A DNA stretch of 64,000 nt, from contig JAUSEE010000001.1 of NCBI GenBank assembly GCA_030650095.1, positions 8,199 through 72,198 of the forward strand, in the 5' to 3' direction. The first letter of the stretch is position 1. Each line of letters starts with the position of its first letter. The stretch is from Candidatus Buchananbacteria bacterium. Its GTDB lineage: Bacteria; Patescibacteriota; Patescibacteriia; 2-01-FULL-39-33. Below, in pieces: positions 20,764 through 29,310 of this stretch. The notes beneath the pieces were generated by a model, which was not told where the DNA came from, made no database searches, and saw nothing but the letters and a program-made list of their open reading frames with translations. The position numbers and the translations under genes are program-made.

Positions 20764-22569
20764 TTAGTAGGCAAAATCCCTTATGACCGGCAAACCTTCT
20801 ACAAAACCGCTCAAAGCTTTGGGCGGATTGGCTGTTAGGCGGCCATCATAAATAACTCTTTCAGACCCTTGTAAAATTTCAGCAAAAGTTCGGCCGAAAT
20901 CAAAGGCTTTAGCAATCACTAAACCTAAAACGGTAAAAGATTTATCGGAATCGCCGGAAAAAAATACACCGCAGCCGTTTTGTTGGTATTTATGATAATC
21001 AGGGCTAGATGAAGCTGATAACTGGCAAGCTGTGACTCCATCGCCTAAAACTACAAATACGCCAACAACATCCGTGACACTGGGATCAATAATAACATCG
21101 CCTTTTACTATCCACACCACGGAAGCTAATTCATTTAATTTTGAAGGAATGCTTGAACTGTAAGAAATATTACTTTCAATCTTTAAATTGCCATCTACAA
21201 TTATTATACCATTTCCTGGCACATTAGCGCTACCATTTACAAATTGCAGTTGACTGGTAATTTGCAGATTATCTTTAAAATGATAAACCTCACCTTTTAA
21301 TACGTCTCCGCTGGGCCCAGTCCAAGAACTTTGCGACAAATCATTAACTATTTGTCCGTATTTATTTCTGGTTCCACCGGATGCTACTTTATTAATCATG
21401 CCAGCCATATCAATTTTACCCAAAGCATTCCTATAAATACCTCCGCTAGGTGATTTCTCTAAAAAACCGGTATCCACGCCTTGCACCAGACCGCTGGCGA
21501 TATCTTCGCAATTTTGGGATTTGATGTTGGCATTAATATCTTCCGCCAAGATACAATAAGTGGCATTGTTGCCGGAAGAGCCGGCTTTCTGCCTCACCCA
21601 TTTGGGCGTATAAATAGAGCCATAAAGAGTTTGCAGCCAAGGAAAGACAGTATAACCGGAGCCGAATTCGGAATTAAAATGCACCCAACCGGCTCCGTTC
21701 AAGCCATCACCCGTTCCATTCCAGGACCAGCCCACTAATTGGCCATCGCCCAGATTTTTGTTGACACCATAGAGTTCACAACTAGTGCATTTGCCATTGT
21801 AGCCGCCATCGGTATTGCAAACTATTCTAGATGTGCCAGAAACTGCTCCACTTATCTTGTGGCAATCGGAACAACTGGTGCAAATATTGCCACTGCCGTT
21901 TACTACTGATTCTTCGTTGGGATTGGGTATGTTAACGCCGTCAAAATTAGTTTTGGTAAAACAAGTATTACAACTGTCAAATTCCGTATCTGAATAAGCT
22001 AAACAGGGCGGCACTTCCACCGGCACAGGCGGCGTGCCTTGCATCACAATAGTCCACTGTGTGCATTTGGGCTGACAATCGTAGCAAGCTTCGCCAAAAG
22101 ACGCTCCCTGATAACTGCCACGGCCCAGTTTCATCCAGCCATCGCCGTCCAAAGATAATACTTTGGCCCAGCCGGTTATCTTGCCGGTTAAACTGTCCAT
22201 GGTGGTATCCAAACCTCCAGTGGGAGGAGCGCCCAAGCAACCGACGCTGGAATCGCCTCGGCCATTGCCAAAACAAACCCAACCGACATTCTCCGACCAG
22301 CCATAACCGGAAATATTGTTGCCGGAATCTATTTTAACGCTGTAATCTACTCCGCTGGAAAGACATTCACCGGGATTAAGCAACAAGCAATTGTTGGAAT
22401 TTAAAGATATCCAGCCATAATTATCCGACCAAAGCCAGCCGGCAAAAGAAAAAGTTATGCCTTGTGATTCAACCGGCCTAAAACCATAACCAAATAATCC
22501 AACCAAGCCCACTAAGGCCACGATCAGAATAATTAAGATTGGTTTAATTATTTTATATGTTAAGAGCAT
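20764..22569 (-). CDS. Secreted or signal-anchored Cys-rich protein with repeated Gly-Trp motifs. Hypothetical; lies upstream of pilM.
   Basis: N-terminal transmembrane helix; repeated motifs GWISLN, GYGWSENVGWVCFG, GDGWMKLG, GWSWNGTGDG; 601 aa. Confidence 0.5.
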   Translation of the reverse strand: MLLTYKIIKPILIILIVALVGLVGLFGYGFRPVESQGITFSFAGWLWSDNYGWISLNSNNCLLLNPGECLSSGVDYSVKIDSGNNISGYGWSENVGWVCFGNGRGDSSVGCLGAPPTGGLDTTMDSLTGKITGWAKVLSLDGDGWMKLGRGSYQGASFGEACYDCQPKCTQWTIVMQGTPPVPVEVPPCLAYSDTEFDSCNTCFTKTNFDGVNIPNPNEESVVNGSGNICTSCSDCHKISGAVSGTSRIVCNTDGGYNGKCTSCELYGVNKNLGDGQLVGWSWNGTGDGLNGAGWVHFNSEFGSGYTVFPWLQTLYGSIYTPKWVRQKAGSSGNNATYCILAEDINANIKSQNCEDIASGLVQGVDTGFLEKSPSGGIYRNALGKIDMAGMINKVASGGTRNKYGQIVNDLSQSSWTGPSGDVLKGEVYHFKDNLQITSQLQFVNGSANVPGNGIIIVDGNLKIESNISYSSSIPSKLNELASVVWIVKGDVIIDPSVTDVVGVFVVLGDGVTACQLSASSSPDYHKYQQNGCGVFFSGDSDKSFTVLGLVIAKAFDFGRTFAEILQGSERVIYDGRLTANPPKALSGFVEGLPVIRDFAY

Positions 22570-22641
22570 TAATCTTGGTAAAAAATAAAAATTATTCTTT
22601 CAATTTAAAGTATTATGGCTCTGTTTGATAAGAATGTTGGC

Positions 22642-25600
22642 TTATAAATTACAACAATAAATTCTTTGTTCTTGAGTGCCACCCGCACCAACTTCTCTAA
22701 TGTCAACGCCAGCCATATACTGCACGCCAGGACATACCGCTCCAAGTTGACTCCAACCTGTCCAAGTACAATTCCCTCGAGAATTACTATCCGCTGTGAT
22801 ATTGCCACTCATAGTTATGCTGCCATTTGAAGTGGAATTACCATCAAGAAATAAGTCACCTGATATTCCCGTATTGTCGTTAATAAATAATCTGCCCGAA
22901 TTAGCTGTACCGTCATTGTGAATGCCGTAGCGGACATCCATCCAATCGTCAACTAAAACATCACTTTCACCAAAACCTGGCCAAATTGAACTAATAATAG
23001 AATTGCCGTTGGTCTCTAGCCGCATAGTCATATTGTGATTGCCCAAATTATCACTGGTGGCAGCGGCATTAGCCGGAGCCCAGGCCGAACCGTTCCAAGT
23101 TAGAACTTGGTTGCTACTTGGAGTAGTCGCCGAAATTACGCGTCCTTGCAATTGATTAGCATTCCATACAGCCGAACCGATTTGAGCTGAAAATTGAGTG
23201 CCACTTAGTGTTAAGCCGCTACCAGCCGTATAAGTGTTGCCAGAGCTTGGAGTTGACGGCACCCAACCCAATAATGAATCATAAGTCAATACTTGTCCGG
23301 CGGTTGGACCACCAGACCACCCATCAGAAACATTACGCCCTAATAATTTATTGGCGTTCCATATAGCCGAGCCAGCTTGAGCTGAAAATTGAGTGCCACT
23401 TAGTGTTAAGCCGCTACCAGCAGAATAAGAAGTGCCGCCCGTGTCAGCTGCCGGAGCCCAAGATGAGCCGTTCCATTTCAAGACTTGTCCGCTGGCCGGA
23501 GCGGTAACCGCAATTGAGCGTCCTTGAAGCTCATTAGAATTCCATAGGGCCGAGCCAGCTTGAGCTGAAAATTGAGTGCCAGTTAAAGTTAAGCCGCTAC
23601 CAGCAGAATAGGTGCTACCACTTGTGGGCGTGCCGCAAACCAAGCCGCCATTGAAGCCCGTGACATATTGGCCAGTCGAACAATTGGAGTTTGCGATCCT
23701 TGCCACCGGCACAGAACCGACAGCTAAGGTTCCGGACTGATCCACTCGGAATATATCGGCGTTATTGGCGCTATTTCTAATATTAAATGGACTCCAACCG
23801 CTAGCTGAAATTAATCTTAACCTCTCCCCATTGGGAAATTGGTCACTGCCATCAATTTGAAGTTTAGCTCCTGGACTAGTAGAATTTATCCCCACTGATC
23901 CAACTTGTGTAATGGTAAGAATTTTTTCTCCACCATAAGCACTTGCCTGTTCAATATAAAAATTTTTATAATCATTCCATGCGGAATATATTTCCCATGT
24001 TGCGGTATCATCTGTTTGTAATCTCAAACCTGATTTGCCATTTCCAGGCACACTACCGCCCTGGAGTGTTAGCTGGGGTCCATTAACATCGAGCACATGT
24101 AATTTGGTATTAGTTGTGCCAGGCTGGCCAATACTTAATTGCCCTTGGATATAAGCTCCATCCACAATACTTAATTTCCCACCGTAATCAGTGCCATCAT
24201 TATGAAGATTGCCCCTTACATCCATACTGTCATTAACCACCACATCGGTTTCGCCAGTGCTTAGATAGTTAATAATTTGTTGGCCATTGGTACTTAAAAC
24301 TTGAGTCATGGTGTGATTACCTAAATTATCGGCTCCACCACTAACTGTCCGCCACTCGGCATTACCAGTATTATCAATAGCTGTTAAAACTTTATTATTG
24401 GACGGACTGCCATAATTAATCTGAATTGGGCCTTCAATCCTAAGTTTATCATTTCCATCACCCACCCAAATAGTATCAGCACCGTTACCAGTGCTATAAA
24501 TTGAATTTGTATAAAGACTGCCAGCGCTTGATAAAAACACATCGCCAGCAACATCCAGTCTACGATTAGTAGACGGATTGGTTGTACCAATACCAACCTG
24601 GCCTAAAGCATTGCTAAATATTACTGAATTACCAAGAGTATCGGCTGCCGTAAATTTCGGCACATAATTAAGTGTTCCACTACCGCCGATTCCACCGGCG
24701 GCGCCACCCGCCAAACTAACCCAACCTGTGGCAGTACGGCCTTCAAAACCAGATCCTGTATAACGGATTGTCCCAGGATTGTTATTAGTCGTGTTGCCTA
24801 ATTTAACCGCCCCATTAACTTCTAATTTTTCCGCCGGTGACATAGTCCCGATGCCGACATTGCCGCCGTTTTTAATAATCATTCTAACATTACTATCTAG
24901 AGTGACATTATTAATATCATTTGCCGCTCCGGAGGGCGCCGTAGAAATCAGCCAATCGCCGCTTGGATTGCCATCACTGTCGGCGCTAAATGAAATTCTT
25001 CCGCTCGGTCCGTCATATTCGTAATACCAATTTCCCGTCACCCTGTCCCAATTAGAATTGGAAAAGATGCCGCTGGAAAACTTATCGGCTGAAGTGTAAG
25101 CACCTAATAATTGAATGACGCCCCCGCCGGCGCTGGAATTGTTGGTATTGGGAGAAATATTTAGTGTGGGAGAATAAATAGCCACTACGCCATTTTGATA
25201 TATTGTCATTTGATTGCCGGCACCGTCGCCTCCGCCCAAACTCCAAAAATTTAAGCTCTTGCCGTTTTGATCAACATATATGCCCCAATGATCATTATCA
25301 TTTCCGCCATACTGCAACTGAAGTTCCGGATTTTGAGTATAATCAGAAATTCTAGCCTGTGCGATCCCGGTAGTATCATCATTAATCTCTAATTTTACTT
25401 GCGGACTCGCTGTGCCGATGCCAATTTTGCCATTTTGGCTGATATAAAATCTAACAACGCCATTGGACATTGGGTCCCCATCCTTGGCGTTGGATTGACG
25501 CAGACTAAAATCGCCATATTGGCTCATACTGGTACCTATTGCCCAGTTCCTATTTCCACTATCATTAAACGTGTTATAAAGACCCAAAGTGGCATTGACG

Positions 25601-26418
25601 CCTGATATGGTTAGTCTTTGCTCCGGACTCGCTGTGCCAATGCCGACATTCCAACTCAAATCATTGGGATAAAGTGATGAACCTGTTTGAGTAAAGTAAC
25701 CAGCGCCGGAGCTAACCGGCCAACTGGATTTGCAATTATTGCCAATGCATAATTCACTGGCGCTGAAATGCCCGCTGGAAGTGGCATTGCCACCGGTATC
25801 AACTATAAACCTGTTGGTTCCGCCTTTTTGTAAAAGTAATAAGCTGCCGGCGGAAGCTGAAGCGCTGATATTGCCATAAAGCAAATTCTGTCCCGCTCCC
25901 AAAGTTTCGGCCAAACCGCCAAACATCAATTGTTTGCTAACTTGTAAATTACCATAAACATTCAAACCAAATCCAGTGGCGCCGACTGCCCAATTGCCAA
26001 GATTAAAATTAGTAGAACCGGTTCCATCAACTCTAATAGCTTTACCGTTATTTACGTAAATATCCTTGGTCGTACTGACATTGCCAGTTATTCCAACATT
26101 ACCGCCAAATAGAGCATTGCCGCCAACACTGATTGAACCGGGTTGCGAAGATGGATAATTAAGATAAACCGGAGTATAAATACTGCCGCCGGTTATCGTG
26201 CAAGTGGAACAATCCAGAGATTCGTGCGGGGTTGGTAGTCCAGCTGCGGGACGGCAAATACCGCCACAAACAACATCTGCGCCTTCACACACTAAATCAC
26301 CCTGACTTGCCGGGCAATGAGAAGCCAATACCGGTTGAGGTGAAATAAAAGCCAGAGTTAGAACAATAAGAGCAAGAGAGGTTAGTGATAAGCAATGGGA
26401 TGCTAATTTTAATGACAT
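22642..26418 (-). CDS. Giant secreted repeat protein (1258 aa), tail-fibre/beta-helix-like, with three tandem ~60-aa repeats
   Basis: Signal peptide; recurring xGIGTxSPxxKLxVxG motifs; three copies of the repeat YSAGSGLTLSGTQFSAQAGSAIWNxN; ends in -CCNL. Confidence 0.6.
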   Translation of the reverse strand: MSLKLASHCLSLTSLALIVLTLAFISPQPVLASHCPASQGDLVCEGADVVCGGICRPAAGLPTPHESLDCSTCTITGGSIYTPVYLNYPSSQPGSISVGGNALFGGNVGITGNVSTTKDIYVNNGKAIRVDGTGSTNFNLGNWAVGATGFGLNVYGNLQVSKQLMFGGLAETLGAGQNLLYGNISASASAGSLLLLQKGGTNRFIVDTGGNATSSGHFSASELCIGNNCKSSWPVSSGAGYFTQTGSSLYPNDLSWNVGIGTASPEQRLTISGVNATLGLYNTFNDSGNRNWAIGTSMSQYGDFSLRQSNAKDGDPMSNGVVRFYISQNGKIGIGTASPQVKLEINDDTTGIAQARISDYTQNPELQLQYGGNDNDHWGIYVDQNGKSLNFWSLGGGDGAGNQMTIYQNGVVAIYSPTLNISPNTNNSSAGGGVIQLLGAYTSADKFSSGIFSNSNWDRVTGNWYYEYDGPSGRISFSADSDGNPSGDWLISTAPSGAANDINNVTLDSNVRMIIKNGGNVGIGTMSPAEKLEVNGAVKLGNTTNNNPGTIRYTGSGFEGRTATGWVSLAGGAAGGIGGSGTLNYVPKFTAADTLGNSVIFSNALGQVGIGTTNPSTNRRLDVAGDVFLSSAGSLYTNSIYSTGNGADTIWVGDGNDKLRIEGPIQINYGSPSNNKVLTAIDNTGNAEWRTVSGGADNLGNHTMTQVLSTNGQQIINYLSTGETDVVVNDSMDVRGNLHNDGTDYGGKLSIVDGAYIQGQLSIGQPGTTNTKLHVLDVNGPQLTLQGGSVPGNGKSGLRLQTDDTATWEIYSAWNDYKNFYIEQASAYGGEKILTITQVGSVGINSTSPGAKLQIDGSDQFPNGERLRLISASGWSPFNIRNSANNADIFRVDQSGTLAVGSVPVARIANSNCSTGQYVTGFNGGLVCGTPTSGSTYSAGSGLTLTGTQFSAQAGSALWNSNELQGRSIAVTAPASGQVLKWNGSSWAPAADTGGTSYSAGSGLTLSGTQFSAQAGSAIWNANKLLGRNVSDGWSGGPTAGQVLTYDSLLGWVPSTPSSGNTYTAGSGLTLSGTQFSAQIGSAVWNANQLQGRVISATTPSSNQVLTWNGSAWAPANAAATSDNLGNHNMTMRLETNGNSIISSIWPGFGESDVLVDDWMDVRYGIHNDGTANSGRLFINDNTGISGDLFLDGNSTSNGSITMSGNITADSNSRGNCTWTGWSQLGAVCPGVQYMAGVDIREVGAGGTQEQRIYCCNL
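23060..23640. repeat. Three near-identical ~190-bp tandem DNA repeats inside the giant gene
   Basis: A core segment ...cttgagctgaaaattgagtgccacttagtgttaagccgctaccagc... recurs three times with 1-2 substitutions. Confidence 0.8.
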
Positions 26419-26453
26419 ATTTTTAATTAGAAATAATTTAGAAATAATAATTT

Positions 26454-27569
26454 TTATTTACAGCAAGCAAAGACCTTAGAGTAATTGCAAGATTTTAAAA
26501 GCGCCTTACCGCCTGTGGCGCTAAATTGCCAAACAGAAGCAATGGAATCACTAGTAGCCACATTCCAACCTCCACAATCATTGGCAGATTTAGCAAACTC
26601 CGGCGAACCACTATTTATCCAAGCTTCTGTGCCACTGGGCATGGCTACACCCGAGCGAATGCTGTAGAGAATTTCTTCGGCGCTGCAAACATGGCTGCCG
26701 GCTATAATTGTATTGCATGTGTCATTGGCGCCGACATAACCGCCTTGGTTGCCATTAAAAGTTTGAGTGGTAACTCCCTTATACTGCCCCAAACCGGCAC
26801 CGGTATCGGCTAAACATTGGCCGGCATCGGTACAAAAATTAGAAGCCGTTACCACGCCAGCGCTGGAAAACTTAACCCGGTCATTGCCGCTGCTCCAAAA
26901 TCTTAAATCATTAGTGCCATTGCCAGCCGGGCCATCATGATAAATGCCCCAATAAGCTCCAACTCCAGCTACGCTTTGAATGTCAATTTCGGCATTAGAA
27001 ACGGTGTTATAGATATGTAAATCCTTATTAGGAGTATCTGTGCCTATACCTATTTTTCCACTTTCGTGAACTCTAAAAACCGGGTTGCCAGATTCATTTT
27101 CTATATTTAAATAAGAATAACCTCCAGCAACCTCACGAGTTATATATAATCCCTCTTTATTACTTGGATTTCCCATATTTATGCTTAATTTAGCAAAAGA
27201 TAGTGGCCAAACCCCAGTTAAAACCTCGCCAATGCCGACATTGCCACCATCATAAAATATGCCGGTCGTCGTGGCTTTCCAGGTTAGAACATCAGCCCAG
27301 GTTGTTTGGCAATCAGTGCCTCCTGTGCCAAAGCATAATTCACTGGTGTTAATGGTTGTTCCTATTGTTAACCCGCCTGATTTTGTTTGATCTATTGGCC
27401 CGGCATTAAGCGGAGGAGCAATATTGCCGGAGGGCGGCGGCAAGGTTGGCTCTTGCCAAACGGCCAAGGCAAAATTAAAGCTGATTGAAAACACAGCTAA
27501 AATAACAGCGGCAAAGATGAAGCCGGCTAAAAACGAATACAATTCCCCTCTGTTTTTATTGCCTTCCAT
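26454..27569 (-). CDS. Secreted paralog of the giant repeat protein (371 aa)
   Basis: Signal anchor; IGIGTDTPNKDLHIY motif; ends in -ACCK. Confidence 0.55.
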   Translation of the reverse strand: MEGNKNRGELYSFLAGFIFAAVILAVFSISFNFALAVWQEPTLPPPSGNIAPPLNAGPIDQTKSGGLTIGTTINTSELCFGTGGTDCQTTWADVLTWKATTTGIFYDGGNVGIGEVLTGVWPLSFAKLSINMGNPSNKEGLYITREVAGGYSYLNIENESGNPVFRVHESGKIGIGTDTPNKDLHIYNTVSNAEIDIQSVAGVGAYWGIYHDGPAGNGTNDLRFWSSGNDRVKFSSAGVVTASNFCTDAGQCLADTGAGLGQYKGVTTQTFNGNQGGYVGANDTCNTIIAGSHVCSAEEILYSIRSGVAMPSGTEAWINSGSPEFAKSANDCGGWNVATSDSIASVWQFSATGGKALLKSCNYSKVFACCK

Positions 27570-27585
27570 AGAGTAATAAGTCGTG

Positions 27586-27614
27586 TTGACTTATCAACAG
27601 TTATAATATACAAT
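27586..27614 (+). promoter_or_regulatory. Candidate sigma70-like promoter for lemA
   Basis: ttgact, 17-bp spacer, tacaat, about 100 bp upstream of lemA. Confidence 0.3.
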
Positions 27615-27714
27615 TTTATTATACAATAAAATCGTGATAATAAGAAGTAAGTTTTATTTATTATAACATAAAATCAACTTCCAATTAAAGCGATCTAATA
27701 ACTAATTAAAAAAT

Positions 27715-28272
27715 ATGGAAAATCTCATTTGGATTATCTTGGCGGCCATAGTAGTAATAGCCTTCTGGCTAATCGCTGTCTACAATGGCTTAATCACTCT
27801 TAAAAACAGAACAGATGAAGCTTGGTCCGACATTGACGTCCAGCTCAAAAGACGTTATGATTTAATCCCCAATTTAATAGAGGCAGTCAAGGGTTACGTC
27901 CAGCATGAACAAGGAACTTTTCAAAAAGTTGTAGAAGCCAGAAACGCCGCCATGAACCAGTCTGGCAGTGTGGAAGACAAAGCTAAAGCGGAAAATATGC
28001 TTTCTTCAACCTTAAAGTCTATTTTTGCCTTGGCCGAAAGCTACCCTGATCTAAAAGCCAACCAAAATTTCTTAAAGCTTCAAGATGAGTTATCCGATAC
28101 CGAAAATAAAATCCAAGCCTCCAGAAGGTTCTACAATGGCAACGCCAGGGATTTCAACATTAAAATTGAAGTTTTTCCTAATAACTTAATAGTTAACATT
28201 TTGAAATTCAAAAAATTTGATTATTTTGAAGCCGAAGCCGGAGAAAAAGAAAACATTGCCGTAAAATTTTAG
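27715..28272 (+). CDS. lemA: LemA family membrane protein
   Basis: N-terminal transmembrane helix followed by a conserved LemA core (NGLITLKNRTDEAWSDIDVQLKRRYDLIPNLIE). Confidence 0.85.
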   Translation: MENLIWIILAAIVVIAFWLIAVYNGLITLKNRTDEAWSDIDVQLKRRYDLIPNLIEAVKGYVQHEQGTFQKVVEARNAAMNQSGSVEDKAKAENMLSSTLKSIFALAESYPDLKANQNFLKLQDELSDTENKIQASRRFYNGNARDFNIKIEVFPNNLIVNILKFKKFDYFEAEAGEKENIAVKF

Positions 28273-28422
28273 TTATTATTTAAACTTAATAAATCTCAAA
28301 TCCAAAATTACAAATATCAAATAAATTATAAATCTAAAATTCCAATGTATTTGTAATTTATAATTTGGTTATTGAAATTTATTTGGAGCTTGAGGTTTTT
28401 TAATTTGTAATTTTTTTAATGT

Positions 28423-29307
28423 ATGTACAATCAAATTGATTCTAACAAAAGAAAAACTTGGCTACTTATAGTTATTTTTATTGTTTTGATATCGGTTTTG
28501 GGCTATTTTCTGGATTATGCCACAGAAGCCGGTAGTGGCATACTGATTATAGCCATTGTTATATCCATATTAATGAGCCTGTTTGGTTATTTTTCCGGTG
28601 ATAAAGTGGCTCTTATGACTGCCGGGGCTAAACAAATCAAGCCAAATGACAACCCTTATGTTTATAAAATGGTGGAAAATCTTTGCATCACAGCCGGCCT
28701 GCCAACTCCTAAAGTTCATCTTATAGAAGATGAGGCCATTAACGCCTTTGCCACCGGACGTGATCCCAAGCATGCTTCTATCGCTATCACCACCGGAGCT
28801 ATAAGCAGATTAGAGAATGAGGAATTGGAAGGCGTTATCGCTCATGAACTTTCTCATATTAAAAATTATGATATTAGATTAATGACCGTGGTTATTGTTT
28901 TGGTGGGTATTATCGCCTTGCTTTCCGATATGTTCTTGCGTATGACTTTTTTTGGCGGGGGCAAAAGAGATAATGGCAAAGGCGGCCATCCGGTTTTATT
29001 GATTGTTGGATTGGTACTGATAGTACTGTCCCCTATTATCGCCCAGCTGATAAAATTTGCGGTTTCCAGAAAGCGCGAATATTTGGCCGACGCTGCCGGC
29101 TCGCTTCTAACCCGTTATCCCGAAGGACTAGCCAAAGCGCTGGAAAAAATCAAAAATGACCAGGCTGTTTTAAAACGAGCCAACAATGCCACCGCTCATC
29201 TTTATATTTCCAGTCCGTTTAGAGGCACCAAAAAATTCCTAGCCAACGCTTTCTCCACTCACCCGCCACTTGAAGACCGCGTAATTAAATTAAGATCAAT
29301 GGCTTAA
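28423..29307 (+). CDS. htpX: HtpX-like M48 zinc metalloprotease
   Basis: HELSHIKNYD HExxH motif and four transmembrane segments. The LemA-HtpX pairing is a known arrangement. Confidence 0.85.
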   Translation: MYNQIDSNKRKTWLLIVIFIVLISVLGYFLDYATEAGSGILIIAIVISILMSLFGYFSGDKVALMTAGAKQIKPNDNPYVYKMVENLCITAGLPTPKVHLIEDEAINAFATGRDPKHASIAITTGAISRLENEELEGVIAHELSHIKNYDIRLMTVVIVLVGIIALLSDMFLRMTFFGGGKRDNGKGGHPVLLIVGLVLIVLSPIIAQLIKFAVSRKREYLADAAGSLLTRYPEGLAKALEKIKNDQAVLKRANNATAHLYISSPFRGTKKFLANAFSTHPPLEDRVIKLRSMA

Positions 29308-29310
29308 ATT

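Noticed and set aside
24384-25605. Several 60-100-aa antisense or alternate-frame ORFs inside the giant genes (for example 24384-24596, 24779-25024, 25399-25605, and many within 52737-61790)
   Set aside because: They are embedded in long, well-supported coding frames and have no independent signals.
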